64,000 bases of DNA from contig CAZPPH010000002.1 of the NCBI GenBank assembly GCA_964588375.1, positions 980 to 64,979 of the forward strand. Direction: 5' to 3'. Below the pieces are notes generated by a model. It saw nothing but the letters and a program-made list of their open reading frames with translations, had not been told where the DNA came from and did no database searches. Made by a program: the position numbers and the translations under genes. This DNA comes from an uncultured Rhodobacterales bacterium. Its GTDB lineage: Bacteria > Pseudomonadota > Alphaproteobacteria > Rhodobacterales > Rhodobacteraceae. Of this stretch, positions 1-9,296 are shown piece after piece. Each line of letters begins with the position of its first letter. Within the stretch, counting starts at the first letter, position 1.

Positions 1-46
1 CGGCGGTCTGCAACAACTCGAGCTGGTTCGCTGAGGTAATCGCCAT
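1..46 (-). CDS. nusA: Transcription termination/antitermination factor NusA, N-terminal fragment running off the window
   Basis: Minus-strand ATG at 46..44 reads MAITSANQLELLQTA and continues past position 1. It starts 2 nt after the rimP stop, as in the conserved rimP-nusA operon. Only 15 codons are visible. Confidence 0.6.
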   Translation of the reverse strand, partial: MAITSANQLELLQTA

Positions 47-48
47 CT

Positions 49-624
49 TCAGGTCTCCTCGTCCCCGTCCATCAGGGTCTGAATTTCGTCGAACTGGGCC
101 TCGTCGACGGCCCCCGCATCCTTGCGCGCCTTGAGCACGTCCCGAATGAGGCCATCGGTCAGCACCAGCTTTGCATCGGTCAGCCATTCGAACCTCAGGC
201 CGATCGTACCTTCGGAAATGGCGATCAGAACCTCGTCGCCCTCGGTGCCTTCCAGCACGCCCTTGAAGCGCCGCCGCCCTTCGATAAGCTCGTCGGTCTC
301 GAGCTTGGCCTCGTAGCCTTGCCAGGCATCGAAATCCTTCAGGCGCGTGAGTGGGCGGTCGATGCCGGGGGAAGACACCTCGAGGGTATACTGATCCTCG
401 ATCGGGTCCTCGACATCCAGCGTCGCCGACACGGCCGTCGAGATCGCGGCGCAATCGTCCACCTCGATACCGCCCTCGGGCCGCTCCGCCATGATCTGAA
501 GCGTCTTCGACTTGCCGCCCATCATCCGGACGCGCACCAGTTCGAACCCGAGGTCTTCGACCACGGGCGTTATGATTTCGGCGATGCGCCGGTCGATACT
601 GGCTTTGGCGATTAGCTCGTTCAT
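49..624 (-). CDS. rimP: Ribosome maturation factor RimP
   Basis: The C-terminal 191 aa of track ORF 49..1245, from [33 protein letters not shown], look RimP-like. The upstream part of that ORF is Arg/Ser-rich junk. ATG confirmed at 624..622. Confidence 0.9.
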   Translation of the reverse strand: MNELIAKASIDRRIAEIITPVVEDLGFELVRVRMMGGKSKTLQIMAERPEGGIEVDDCAAISTAVSATLDVEDPIEDQYTLEVSSPGIDRPLTRLKDFDAWQGYEAKLETDELIEGRRRFKGVLEGTEGDEVLIAISEGTIGLRFEWLTDAKLVLTDGLIRDVLKARKDAGAVDEAQFDEIQTLMDGDEET

Positions 625-632
625 GCCGGTCC

Positions 633-660
633 AAAACAAAAAAACGGGCCAGCGGCCCGT
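633..660 (-). terminator. Intrinsic terminator-like hairpin plus U-tract immediately upstream of the rimP start
   Basis: The minus strand reads ACGGGCC-GCU-GGCCCGU (stem 644..660) followed by UUUUUUUGUUUU (644..633). The tract ends 9 nt before the rimP ATG. Confidence 0.6.
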
Positions 661-913
661 GCGTCTTCCCGGTGGAGCCTCGGGGGTGGAAGCCGAAGCG
701 CCGCTGTCGAAAGCGCATATACGTGCCGCGCCGTTCCTGCGCAAGAGGGAGCGCCGCCGTTGTCCCTTCGCCCGGAAAGCCCCCCCGGCTGACACTGTAC
801 GGCCCCTGCCGCTTGAAACACGTCGGCTTCGCGCGGACAGCGAAGCCGGGGCTTGTCCGGAAGAGCCCGGATTATTAGTGTGCGACCGCATACGCACCCG
901 TTCGAGCTCTGCC

Positions 914-1174
914 ATGGCCACGACATTCAAGACCGCGATAGAGCACCTCGGAACGTCTGCACGGCGTGTCGCCGCCGCACTCGTTGCCGGCATCTGGCGC
1001 CGCAAGACGCTTGCAGAGGTCGAGGAGCGTGTCGCCGCCTTGCGGCCCGTGGAGCAATTTCTGCTGGTAGGTGGCGTGCTTGCGACGATATTCCTGCTCA
1101 GCCTCCTCGCCGCCCAGTTCGGCTGGATCGCGATGCTCGCCCTCTGGCTTACGGTAATCGTCATCGTCAACTGA
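914..1174 (+). CDS. Hypothetical small membrane protein (86 aa)
   Basis: Internal ATG of track ORF 512..1174. It reads [13 protein letters not shown]... and ends in a hydrophobic stretch, [37 protein letters not shown]. Third-position GC is high. No clear SD and no family recognised. Confidence 0.4.
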   Translation: MATTFKTAIEHLGTSARRVAAALVAGIWRRKTLAEVEERVAALRPVEQFLLVGGVLATIFLLSLLAAQFGWIAMLALWLTVIVIVN

Positions 1175-1290
1175 CGCCGGCATACAGTATACTTGTGTAT
1201 GCATATGAAATTACAAGAAAATTCTTCTCCCCGAATGATCCGCATCCGACGGTCCCCCGTATCTTTCTGCAGTAGCGAAAGGAGATACCA

Positions 1291-1455
1291 ATGGATATCG
1301 GACTTGGAGTTCTCACCTTCGGCACGCTGGGTGCCGTTCTCGTCTTTGCTTACGTCAACATGCGGGCGACCCAGAAGCTCCGTGAACAGGACGGGCCCAA
1401 ATCGTCACTGTCCCGGGACGGGATCGAGGAACGGCTCGCGGCGATCAGAAACTGA
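1291..1455 (+). CDS. Hypothetical small membrane protein (54 aa), below the ORF-track size cut-off
   Basis: The SD AAAGGAGA sits 6 nt upstream of the ATG at 1291. Translation: [54 protein letters not shown], one N-terminal TM helix plus a charged tail. TGA at 1453..1455, followed by a terminator. Confidence 0.5.
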   Translation: MDIGLGVLTFGTLGAVLVFAYVNMRATQKLREQDGPKSSLSRDGIEERLAAIRN

Positions 1456-1481
1456 TCCCGAATGCGGTGCCAGAAAGCGAG

Positions 1482-1515
1482 AAAGGCCGTTCAATAGACG
1501 ATCGGCCTTTTTTCG
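1482..1515 (+). terminator. Rho-independent terminator, possibly bidirectional, between the 54-aa ORF and the convergent CAP gene
   Basis: AAGGCCG (1483..1489) and CGGCCTT (1503..1509) form a stem followed by TTTTT. The reverse strand also has a T-rich tail. Confidence 0.6.
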
Positions 1516-1552
1516 TTCGAGCGTGGGACCGGCGCGATGACCTGCCGGGCGC

Positions 1553-2185
1553 TCAACCGATAAAGTTCTGCGTCACCCAGTAGCGCCCGCAATATTTCGC
1601 CTTGGGGTCGAAGGCGACCGCGACAGCAGTCCGATTCGCCTTTCGGTCAAGGATGTTCTTGCGGTGCCCGGGGCTGTCCATCCAGAGTTGAACGACATGG
1701 CGCGCCAGCGAGGCGTAGGAATGCGCCGGGAGCGGCTGGCCATCGTAGGTCGAGAAACGGCAGGACGCGCTGTCCAGGATGCGGAACCTGCGGTTGTCGA
1801 TCCGGTAGCGGTGAACCATGCCGATATTCTCCGACCCGGTCTTGAACGACACGCCGGACGACTTGATCCGCTGGCTCAGCGAGGCCTTGCCGGGCACGGT
1901 GCTGCGGTGGCTGAGCACCTGGCGCGACGCCATCCAGCGTGAATGCCCGCGGGCGACCTTAACCACTCCGCTGCCCGCTTCACCTACACCACGAAGCCCC
2001 GCGCGGCAGCGGTGGTAGTTCACCTCGGCGCGCACGGCGTCGTCGAAAAGGTTCTGGTTGATCCTTTGAGTCGGCACGACGATCTGAGCCGCCCGCGCCG
2101 GAACGTCCCTCGTGCACGCTTCCGCAGCGGTGGCAGTGAGCAGCGCAGCAGCGCCGCAAGCAATGGCAATCAGCTTGATTTTCAT
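1553..2185 (-). CDS. Secreted CAP/SCP (PR-1-like) domain protein
   Basis: Signal-like N-terminus [23 protein letters not shown]. The C-terminal [12 protein letters not shown] motif is typical of the CAP domain. ATG at 2185 chosen inside track ORF 1553..2203. Confidence 0.8.
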   Translation of the reverse strand: MKIKLIAIACGAAALLTATAAEACTRDVPARAAQIVVPTQRINQNLFDDAVRAEVNYHRCRAGLRGVGEAGSGVVKVARGHSRWMASRQVLSHRSTVPGKASLSQRIKSSGVSFKTGSENIGMVHRYRIDNRRFRILDSASCRFSTYDGQPLPAHSYASLARHVVQLWMDSPGHRKNILDRKANRTAVAVAFDPKAKYCGRYWVTQNFIG

Positions 2186-2309
2186 CCCCAGGTCCCCAAA
2201 CACGCTTCCCCCTCAGGACAGCATGCGCGTGTTCATGTTCAAACCTAGGCATGTGGCTGACAAGGTTAAGTCATTTCGACACGGACGGCGACAATCCGCC
2301 AAACCTGCC

Positions 2310-3293
2310 CTAATTGTCCTCGAACGAGCGACGAAGTGCATCGCAACTGCGCACCAGTTCCGCTGTGATCCCGGGTTCGGAGAGCGCGTGCCCGGCGCGG
2401 GGAATCATCGCGAGCCGCGAGGCGGGCCAGGCTTCATGAAGCCGCATCGCCGATGCCGGCGGGCAAATCATGTCGTAGCGGCCCTGCACGATGGTGCCCG
2501 GCACCGTCGCGATCCGCCCGACGTTGGAAAGCACGAAGCCGTCATTCTCGAGGAAGCCGGCGTTGGCGAAATAATGGTTCTCCAGCCGGGCGAAGGCACG
2601 GGCATATTCCGAGGGACTGTCGCCACCCGGCCCGTCGTTCTCGATCGAGGCGAGCGTGTTTTCCCAGCTCGTCCAGGCCCGCGCGAAACGGGTTTCCATC
2701 GCGTGATCGCCCGAAAAGAGCCGTCGACCGTAGGCGGCGATGAGGTCGTTCCGCTCGTCCACGGGCACGAGGCTCTGGAACCGCGCCCAGACATCGGGCC
2801 AGAACTGCCCGGCACCGCCGCCGTAGAACCAGTCGAGCTCCGACCGCGTCATCAGGAAGATGCCACGCAGCATCAGATGCAGGACCCGCTCGGGATGGGT
2901 CTCTGCATAGATCAGCCCCAGCGTCGCGCCCCAGCTTCCGCCGAAAACCATCCAGCGGTCGATTCCGAAGGTCTCGCGAATGTGCTCGATGTCGCGCACG
3001 AGGTGCCAGGTCGTGTTGGCCTCGACGCTCGCGTGAGGCCTCGAACGCCCGCAACCGCGTTGATCGAACAGCACGATCCGGTAGTGCGCCGGGTCGAAAT
3101 ACCGCCGCATCGCAGGGCTGCAGCCGCCGCCGGGGCCGCCGTGCAGCACCACGACCGGAACGCCGTCCGGGTTGCCGCATTGTTCGACATAGATCCTGTG
3201 GCCGTCGCCCACGTCGAGCATCCGCTGATCGTACGGGTCGATCAGCGGGTAGAGGAACTGGCTTGCGGCCCTTTTGCCCGGGGACTTGTCCAT
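2310..3293 (-). CDS. pip: Prolyl aminopeptidase (proline iminopeptidase), alpha/beta hydrolase
   Basis: HGGPGGG oxyanion motif and GGSWG nucleophile elbow. Start chosen at [13 protein letters not shown] (ATG 3293). Confidence 0.9.
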   Translation of the reverse strand: MDKSPGKRAASQFLYPLIDPYDQRMLDVGDGHRIYVEQCGNPDGVPVVVLHGGPGGGCSPAMRRYFDPAHYRIVLFDQRGCGRSRPHASVEANTTWHLVRDIEHIRETFGIDRWMVFGGSWGATLGLIYAETHPERVLHLMLRGIFLMTRSELDWFYGGGAGQFWPDVWARFQSLVPVDERNDLIAAYGRRLFSGDHAMETRFARAWTSWENTLASIENDGPGGDSPSEYARAFARLENHYFANAGFLENDGFVLSNVGRIATVPGTIVQGRYDMICPPASAMRLHEAWPASRLAMIPRAGHALSEPGITAELVRSCDALRRSFEDN

Positions 3294-3362
3294 GCCCGAT
3301 CTATATACACCCCGAACGGCCCCCGCCACGGGGGCAGGGACAGATTATTCGAGGGAGCTGCA

Positions 3363-4109
3363 ATGCCCGACCAGTCGACCATCGACCCCGCCGAGGTCGA
3401 AAAGTTCCAGGCAATGGCTGCGGAGTGGTGGGACCCGAACGGGAAGTTCCGCCCGCTTCACATGCTCAACCCCTGCCGGCTCGACTACATAACCAGCCAG
3501 ATCGCCGCGGAGTTCGGCCGGGACCTGGCGATGGAGCGACCGTTCGAGGGGCTGCGCGTGCTCGACATCGGCTGCGGCGGGGGCCTTCTCTCCGAACCCA
3601 TGGCGCGGCTCGGCGCAGATGTCGTCGGCGCCGATGCAGCCGGGCGCAACATTCCCGTGGCACGCCTGCATGCCGAATCCCAGGGCCTCGCCATCGACTA
3701 CCGCCATACCACCGCCGAAGCGCTCGTGGCCGCGGGCGAAGTTTTCGACGTGGTTCTCAACATGGAAGTGGTCGAGCATGTTTCCGACCCGCAAGCCTAT
3801 CTTCAGGCCTGCCACGACCTTCTGAAGCCGGGCGGCCTCATGGTCTGCTCCACCCTGAACCGGAACGCCAAGAGCTATGTCTTCGCGATCGTCGGCGCCG
3901 AGCATGTCATGCGCTGGCTTCCGAAAGGCACCCACGACTGGGCGAAATTCATCACGCCCGACGAGCTGGTCTCGATGCTGGAGAGCGCCGGCCTCGACCC
4001 GGTCGACCGCAAGGGTATGGTCTTCAACCCCGTCACCTGGTCCTGGAGCCTTTCGGCGCGCGATCTTTCGGTGAACTATGTCACCACGAGCCTTCGGCCT
4101 GCGGACTGA
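3363..4109 (+). CDS. ubiG: Bifunctional 3-demethylubiquinol / 2-polyprenyl-6-hydroxyphenol methyltransferase UbiG
   Basis: C-terminal part of track ORF 2112..4109 from [33 protein letters not shown], with the SAM motif VLDIGCGGG. Confidence 0.9.
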   Translation: MPDQSTIDPAEVEKFQAMAAEWWDPNGKFRPLHMLNPCRLDYITSQIAAEFGRDLAMERPFEGLRVLDIGCGGGLLSEPMARLGADVVGADAAGRNIPVARLHAESQGLAIDYRHTTAEALVAAGEVFDVVLNMEVVEHVSDPQAYLQACHDLLKPGGLMVCSTLNRNAKSYVFAIVGAEHVMRWLPKGTHDWAKFITPDELVSMLESAGLDPVDRKGMVFNPVTWSWSLSARDLSVNYVTTSLRPAD

Positions 4110-4187
4110 ACCCCCGCGCGCCGTCACCCGATCCGCCGGGAAAAATCCCGGCGAATCGCCCGGCGACGGAAGAGCGGCAACCGCGGC

Positions 4188-4628
4188 TCACCCTTCGTCG
4201 AACCGCACTCGCAACTCGCGCAGGACGGGAAGGGCGATGCGCACCTTTTCCGGCCCGATCGCCTCGACGACCTCGGCGACGATCGGCTCGATCGCGGCCA
4301 GCGCGACATCCCGCGCCCGCCGGCCTGCGGGACTTATCGAGACGAGCTTGCGTCGCGCATCGTCCCAGTCCTGAAAGATGTGCACGTAGCCCGATCGTTC
4401 GAGCTTGCCGAGGGTATTGGTCATCGCTCCCCTCGTGACATGGAAGGCCCGGGCCAACTGCGCGGGGCTCCGCTCCGTTCCCGAGCGCGCGAGGTAGTTC
4501 AGCACCGAGAAATGGCTGATCTCCATACCCTTGGGCAGAGCCCGGGTGAGGCGCGAACGCGCCAGCTGGTCGGCCATGAAGAGCTCCGAGAGAAAGGCCA
4601 CGGCCAGAGGGTCCCTCGGTTCGGTCAT
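4188..4628 (-). CDS. MarR-family transcriptional regulator
   Basis: 146 aa from MTEPRDPLAVAFLSELF, with a winged-helix region (SPAQLARAFHVTRGAMTNTLGKLERSGYV). Its ATG overlaps the upstream gene's stop (ATGA). Confidence 0.85.
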   Translation of the reverse strand: MTEPRDPLAVAFLSELFMADQLARSRLTRALPKGMEISHFSVLNYLARSGTERSPAQLARAFHVTRGAMTNTLGKLERSGYVHIFQDWDDARRKLVSISPAGRRARDVALAAIEPIVAEVVEAIGPEKVRIALPVLRELRVRFDEG

Positions 4629-5461
4629 CACGGCCCTTCGAAGGGGCGGCCATGGGTGAGCGAGGGAATCCGGCGCCGGCATTCGGTCACCAGATCGCAA
4701 TCGAGATCGACGAGGTGCACCCCCGGCACCTCGCCCCCGTCGAGCAGAACCCTGCCCCAGGGGTCGACCGCGAGGCTGTGGCCGTGGCTCGCCCGCGGCC
4801 TGCCCTCGCTGACCGGGTGCTCGCCGGTTTGCGCGGGCGCGAGTACGTAACACCCGGTCTCGATCGCCCTCGCGCGCAGCAGCGTCTCCCAATGAGCCTC
4901 TCCCGAAACACGCGAAAATGCGGCGGGCACCGTCAGAACGGTCGCTCCGGCCGCCGCCAGTCTCCGGTAGAGCGCTGGAAAGCGGACATCGTAACAGATC
5001 GTCAGGCCGACAACGAGATCGCCCGCATCGGCCAGGACCGCCCGGCTGCCGGGCCGGAAGGCCGCGCTTTCCCGGTAGGTCTCGGTCTCGGAGATATCCA
5101 CGTCGAACATGTGGATCTTGTCGTAGCGCGCGCGGATCGTACCATCCGGCGCGATGAGAAAAGACCGGTTGACGAAGGGCGCCTCGCCGGAGGTCTCGGC
5201 CAGGAGCGCCAGCGAACCGACGAGCAAAAATATTCCGTGGCGGTCGGCCTCTTCGCGCAGACCCGCGAGGACCCGGTCATCGGTCTCGCCGGTCAGGACC
5301 GACTTCTGGTGCGACCGGCTGGCCGAGACGCAATTCGTCACCTCCGGCGTCAGAACCCAATTCGCCCCGGCCTCCACCGCATCGGCCACCATCCCGCGAA
5401 CCATCTCCAGATTTCGGGCGGGATCGTCCGATGAGGTGATTTGCAGAAGGGCCGCCCGCAT
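4628..5461 (-). CDS. Carbon-nitrogen hydrolase (nitrilase superfamily) protein
   Basis: Begins MRAALLQITSSDDPARNLEMV. The Glu (TPE), Lys (YDKIHMF) and Cys (ICYD) contexts are typical of the family. Confidence 0.85.
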   Translation of the reverse strand: MRAALLQITSSDDPARNLEMVRGMVADAVEAGANWVLTPEVTNCVSASRSHQKSVLTGETDDRVLAGLREEADRHGIFLLVGSLALLAETSGEAPFVNRSFLIAPDGTIRARYDKIHMFDVDISETETYRESAAFRPGSRAVLADAGDLVVGLTICYDVRFPALYRRLAAAGATVLTVPAAFSRVSGEAHWETLLRARAIETGCYVLAPAQTGEHPVSEGRPRASHGHSLAVDPWGRVLLDGGEVPGVHLVDLDCDLVTECRRRIPSLTHGRPFEGP

Positions 5462-5466
5462 CGCAG

Positions 5467-5724
5467 TCAGGCCGCGAGCAACGTGTCGAGCTTTCCCCCG
5501 CGCTCGAGCGCGTAGAGTTCGTCGCATCCGCCGACATGGGTGCCGCCGACGAAGATCTGCGGTACCGTCCGGCCGCCCTTCGCCCGCTGAACCATCTCGC
5601 TTCGTCGTGCGGGTTCGCGGGAGAGGTCGATCTCGGCAAAGCTCACGCCCTTGTCGACAAGCAGGCGCTTTGCGGCATGGCAGAAGCCGCAGAGCGGCGA
5701 GGTGTAGATTTCAACGGTCTTCAT
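5467..5724 (-). CDS. grxC: Glutaredoxin 3
   Basis: Begins MKTVEIYTSPLCGFCHAAKRLL with the CGFC active site, plus the TVPQIFVGGTHVGGCDEL motif. Confidence 0.9.
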   Translation of the reverse strand: MKTVEIYTSPLCGFCHAAKRLLVDKGVSFAEIDLSREPARRSEMVQRAKGGRTVPQIFVGGTHVGGCDELYALERGGKLDTLLAA

Positions 5725-5754
5725 GGCGCGTCCCACGGTTGCTCGACCCTTTAT

Positions 5755-6480
5755 CTAGGATGCTTTGAGCGTTCGCGCCAGAACCGCGACCTCGACCCGT
5801 ACCGCGCCGGCAGAGCGCACCGCCGTCGCGCAGGCCGCGAGGGTCGCGCCCGAGGTCATCACGTCATCGACGATCAGCACCTTCCGGCCGCCGATCATCG
5901 CGCCGCGCCGGGGGTTGGGGCGGATCGCACCTTCGAGTTGCGCGAAACGCTCCGCCGGGGTCAATCCGTCGAGCCGCCCCGTGGCGCGGGTCCGCAGAAG
6001 ACCGTCGACCAGCACCTCCGCGCCCAGTCCGGCGCCGATACCGCGCGCAAGAAGGGCGGCCTGGTTGTAGCGGCGGGCGAGGAACCGCAGCCGGTGTGCT
6101 GGCACCGGCACCACCAGTGTGCCCGCACCGATCCGGTGGCGCAGCCGGGCGGCCATCCAGGCAGACGCCGGGCAGGCGAGGTCCGTCCGGTCGGAATATT
6201 TCAGCCTCTGCACCAACGCCCGGGCCTTGCGTTCATAGGCGAGGACGGCATGGGCCCGATCCCACGGCCGCGGCATTGCGATACAATCGTCGCAAAGGTC
6301 TTCGTTTCCGTCCCCCGAGCCGGGCAGCGGGACGGCGCAGAGCGCGCATTCAAGCCCTTCGAGAAACGGCGTATCGCGCCAGCAGGCCCCGCAAAGAGCG
6401 TAAGGCGTGTCCGTCAGCGCATCGCAGGAGACGCATTGGTCGGGGTAGAGCGCAGACAACAGCGATTGCAGAACCGGCAT
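5755..6480 (-). CDS. ComF-family phosphoribosyltransferase-like protein
   Basis: N-terminal Cys pairs (CVSC...CGAC) and a C-terminal PRTase motif (VLIVDDVMTSGATL). Confidence 0.8.
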   Translation of the reverse strand: MPVLQSLLSALYPDQCVSCDALTDTPYALCGACWRDTPFLEGLECALCAVPLPGSGDGNEDLCDDCIAMPRPWDRAHAVLAYERKARALVQRLKYSDRTDLACPASAWMAARLRHRIGAGTLVVPVPAHRLRFLARRYNQAALLARGIGAGLGAEVLVDGLLRTRATGRLDGLTPAERFAQLEGAIRPNPRRGAMIGGRKVLIVDDVMTSGATLAACATAVRSAGAVRVEVAVLARTLKAS

Positions 6481-6499
6481 ATCTTCCTACCTTGAGCGC

Positions 6500-7342
6500 A
6501 TGGTCTCAGATCTGACAGACCGCGCCGCCCTCGAGCGCCACCGTCTCCGCGCCGGCAGACGGAACGATACCGACTTCTTCCTGCACCGCGAGGCTGCGGC
6601 GGTACTGGAAGAAAGGCTCGGTGAGGTTAACAGGGCATTTACGGCGCCGACCCTCGTCACCGCATTTAACGAACCCTTCGCAAACCTGCCGGGTGCCTCG
6701 CGCCACGTCACCGATGCGGACGTTCTTGACCTCCAGCCCGGCGCGCACGACCTCGTCGTGCACGCAATGGGGCTTCACTGGGCATCCGACCCACTGGGCC
6801 AGATCATTCAGTGCCGCCGGGCATTGAAGCCGGACGGGCTGTTTCTGGCCGTCGCCTTCGGGGGGCGCACTCTGCACGAACTCCGCGCCGTTCTGGCAGA
6901 AGCCGAAGCGTCCCTCACCGGCGGCCTGTCGCCCCGGGTGGCGCCGATGGCCGATATCCGGGATCTCGGAGCGCTTCTCCAGCGCGCAGGCCTTGCAATG
7001 CCGGTGGCCGACACCTTGACCCTGACGACAAGTTATCCTGATCTTTTCGCCCTCGCCCGCGACCTGCGCGCCGTTGGCGAGACGAACGCTCTCGCCGAAC
7101 GGCTCCGCCGGCCTACCCGCAGGGATCTTTTCGAAGAGGCGAATCGTCTCTATTCCACTGCCTTTCCGGCAGAAAACGGGCGTGTCGCGGCCACCTTCGA
7201 ACTCGTCTTCCTCACTGGCTGGGCACCCGACGAGAGCCAGCCGAAACCGTTGCGCCCGGGCTCCGCCAACGCCCGTCTCGCCGAAGCGCTGGCCACAAAG
7301 GAGCGGCCCGCGGGTGACATTGCGACACCTCGCCGGGATTGA
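6500..7342 (+). CDS. SAM-dependent methyltransferase (BioC/NDUFAF5-like)
   Basis: 280-aa ORF with coding-like composition. It sits next to comF/grxC, a position I recall as conserved in alphaproteobacteria. The family assignment is by recall, not by search. Confidence 0.65.
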   Translation: MVSDLTDRAALERHRLRAGRRNDTDFFLHREAAAVLEERLGEVNRAFTAPTLVTAFNEPFANLPGASRHVTDADVLDLQPGAHDLVVHAMGLHWASDPLGQIIQCRRALKPDGLFLAVAFGGRTLHELRAVLAEAEASLTGGLSPRVAPMADIRDLGALLQRAGLAMPVADTLTLTTSYPDLFALARDLRAVGETNALAERLRRPTRRDLFEEANRLYSTAFPAENGRVAATFELVFLTGWAPDESQPKPLRPGSANARLAEALATKERPAGDIATPRRD

Positions 7343-7394
7343 CCCCGCGCGATTCGCGGTTATGTCGCTTGAAATCTTTCAAAGCAGGGCCCGG

Positions 7395-8495
7395 ATGCCG
7401 ATGATGCTCGACGCAAGATCAGAGCGCGGAACGCCGTTGACCAAAGACGCACCGGAGGCCGAGAACCCGCATCTTCCCGCGGACCACCCCCGGGTGAAGC
7501 AGGCGAAGGTCGGCGTTCTGCTGGCAAATCTGGGCACGCCCGACAATTACGACTACTGGTCGATGCGCCGGTATCTCAACGAGTTTCTGTCAGACCGACG
7601 CGTGATCGACTACAGTCCGTGGATCTGGCAGCCGCTGCTCCAACTCGTCATTCTGACCAAGCGTCCATTCTCTTCAGGCGAGGCCTACAAGTCGATCTGG
7701 AACGAGGAAGCGAGCGAGAGCCCGCTAATGACCATCACCAAGGCCCAGACCGCCAAGATCAAGGCCGAGATCGAGGGCAGGTATGGCGACAGTGTGATGG
7801 TCGATTTCGCCATGCGCTACGGCAACCCCTCGACGAAATCGAAGGTCCGGGAAATGGTCGATGCCGGCTGCCGACGCATCGTCTTCTTTCCGCTTTATCC
7901 CCAGACCGCGGGGGCCACCACGGCCACGGCGAACGACCAGTTCTTTCGCGCGCTGATGGAGGAGAAGTGGCAGCCTTCGGTGCGCACGGTACCCGAATAT
8001 TTCGACCGGCCGTCCTATATCGACGCGCTGGCGAAGTCGGTGGAACGTTCATACGGGGCGATGGAGACGAAGCCGGACATACTCGTCTGTTCCTATCACG
8101 GTGTACCCAAGCGCTATCTGATGGAAGGCGATCCCTATCACTGCCAGTGTCAGAAAACGACGCGGCTGCTCAAGGAGCGCCTCGGCTGGGACGATAGCGA
8201 AATCGTCACCACCTTCCAGTCCCGCTTCGGCCCCGAGGAATGGCTGAAACCCTACACTGTGGAAGAGGTCGCCCGGCTCGCCGAGAACGGCAAGAAACGC
8301 ATCGCCGTGATCGCGCCCGCATTCTCCGCGGATTGCATCGAGACGCTCGAGGAGATCAACGAGGAAATCCGCGAAAGTTTCGAGGAAGCGGGCGGGGAGC
8401 GGTTCACCTACATCCCCTGTCTCAACGATGACGACGCCCACATAGATGCCCTCGTCGAGCACCTCGAGGACAGTCTCGCGGGCTGGGTGGGCTGA
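7395..8495 (+). CDS. hemH: Ferrochelatase
   Basis: VGVLLANLGTPD, RRYLNEFLSDRRVI and the C-terminal FSADCIETLEEI motifs. The start is uncertain: ATG at 7362, 7395 or 7401 are all in frame after the upstream gene's stop. Confidence 0.9.
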   Translation: MPMMLDARSERGTPLTKDAPEAENPHLPADHPRVKQAKVGVLLANLGTPDNYDYWSMRRYLNEFLSDRRVIDYSPWIWQPLLQLVILTKRPFSSGEAYKSIWNEEASESPLMTITKAQTAKIKAEIEGRYGDSVMVDFAMRYGNPSTKSKVREMVDAGCRRIVFFPLYPQTAGATTATANDQFFRALMEEKWQPSVRTVPEYFDRPSYIDALAKSVERSYGAMETKPDILVCSYHGVPKRYLMEGDPYHCQCQKTTRLLKERLGWDDSEIVTTFQSRFGPEEWLKPYTVEEVARLAENGKKRIAVIAPAFSADCIETLEEINEEIRESFEEAGGERFTYIPCLNDDDAHIDALVEHLEDSLAGWVG

Positions 8496-8547
8496 CGGAA
8501 AGGGGCCCGGTCGGGCGCCTTCCTGTCGATCAGCTCTGCAAGGCCGG

Positions 8548-9144
8548 TCAGATCACGAGCACCTGGGCGCCCACGTCGGCGAGTTCGTAAAGCTCGAGGA
8601 TATGCTCGTTGTAGAGCCCGATGCAGCCGTTCGACGACCTGCGCCCGATCTTCCGCGTGTCGTGGGTGCCGTGGATGCGGTAATACGTCCAGCTCAAATG
8701 CATGGCGCGCACGCCGAGCGGGTTGTCCGGGCCCGGCGGCACGTAGTCGGGCCACTCGGGGTTGCGCTGCTTCATCGACGGGGTCGGCCGCCAGTCGGGC
8801 GCAGGGTCCTTGTAGGTCACCCGCGTACGGCCCCGGCGTGTGAGCTCTTCACTCATCGGCACGCTGGTCGGGTAGAGCTTGTAGGTGCTCCCGTCCTGGC
8901 CCCAGTAATGCAGTGCCCGCGACGATATATCGACAAGGATCGCACCACCTTGAAGATCGTCGAAATACGGCCGCCAGTCTCGGGCGCGGAAGCTCGATGC
9001 ATTCCTGCGAACGCTATCGCTCAATTCGTCGCGGAACTCGACCGTGTCGGGGCCGGTGGCCTGCGCGAAAGCGGGCGAAGCGAGGCCTGCGGCGGCAGCG
9101 GCGACAAAGCTCCGGCGGGTCAGGTCGGAAGGCTTGCTCGACAT
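8548..9144 (-). CDS. L,D-transpeptidase (YkuD domain) with a Tat-type signal
   Basis: Twin-arginine signal in MSSKPSDLTRRSFVAAAAAGLASPAFA. Catalytic HGTHD...SNGCIGL motif near the C-terminus. Confidence 0.85.
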   Translation of the reverse strand: MSSKPSDLTRRSFVAAAAAGLASPAFAQATGPDTVEFRDELSDSVRRNASSFRARDWRPYFDDLQGGAILVDISSRALHYWGQDGSTYKLYPTSVPMSEELTRRGRTRVTYKDPAPDWRPTPSMKQRNPEWPDYVPPGPDNPLGVRAMHLSWTYYRIHGTHDTRKIGRRSSNGCIGLYNEHILELYELADVGAQVLVI

Positions 9145-9296
9145 TCTCGATCTCCAGCGTGTTAAGGCGATATACTGATAATGTGGAAAGGGCACTTTCG
9201 CAACTCACACAAGCGTCAGACAGGCGGGACGCCGCCGGCGGGGTTTGACCCTCGACGCCCATGGTGTAAGCAGCTGAAAACAAGCGAGACGAGCGG

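Noticed and set aside
170-560. TTCGAACC strings resembling the reverse complement of a tRNA T-arm (near 186 and 541).
   Set aside because: Both are inside the rimP coding frame. No acceptor stem or anticodon arm can be drawn around them.
625-1245. N-terminal extension of track ORF 49..1245, upstream of the RimP sequence.
   Set aside because: The extension is low-complexity Arg/Ser/Ala and crosses a terminator hairpin and the plus-strand small ORF. RimP-like sequence starts at the ATG at 624.
2112-3362. N-terminal 417 codons of track ORF 2112..4109, upstream of the UbiG sequence.
   Set aside because: This part is antisense to the proline iminopeptidase gene and has junk composition. UbiG homology begins at the internal ATG at 3363.
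4110-4187. Hairpin GCCGGGA-AAAA-TCCCGGC between the convergent ubiG and marR-family genes.
   Set aside because: There is no U-tract on either strand after the stem, so I did not call it an intrinsic terminator.
6627-6641. Near-CtrA motif TTAA-N7-TTTA.
   Set aside because: It has one mismatch and lies inside the methyltransferase coding sequence. This is not distinguishable from chance.
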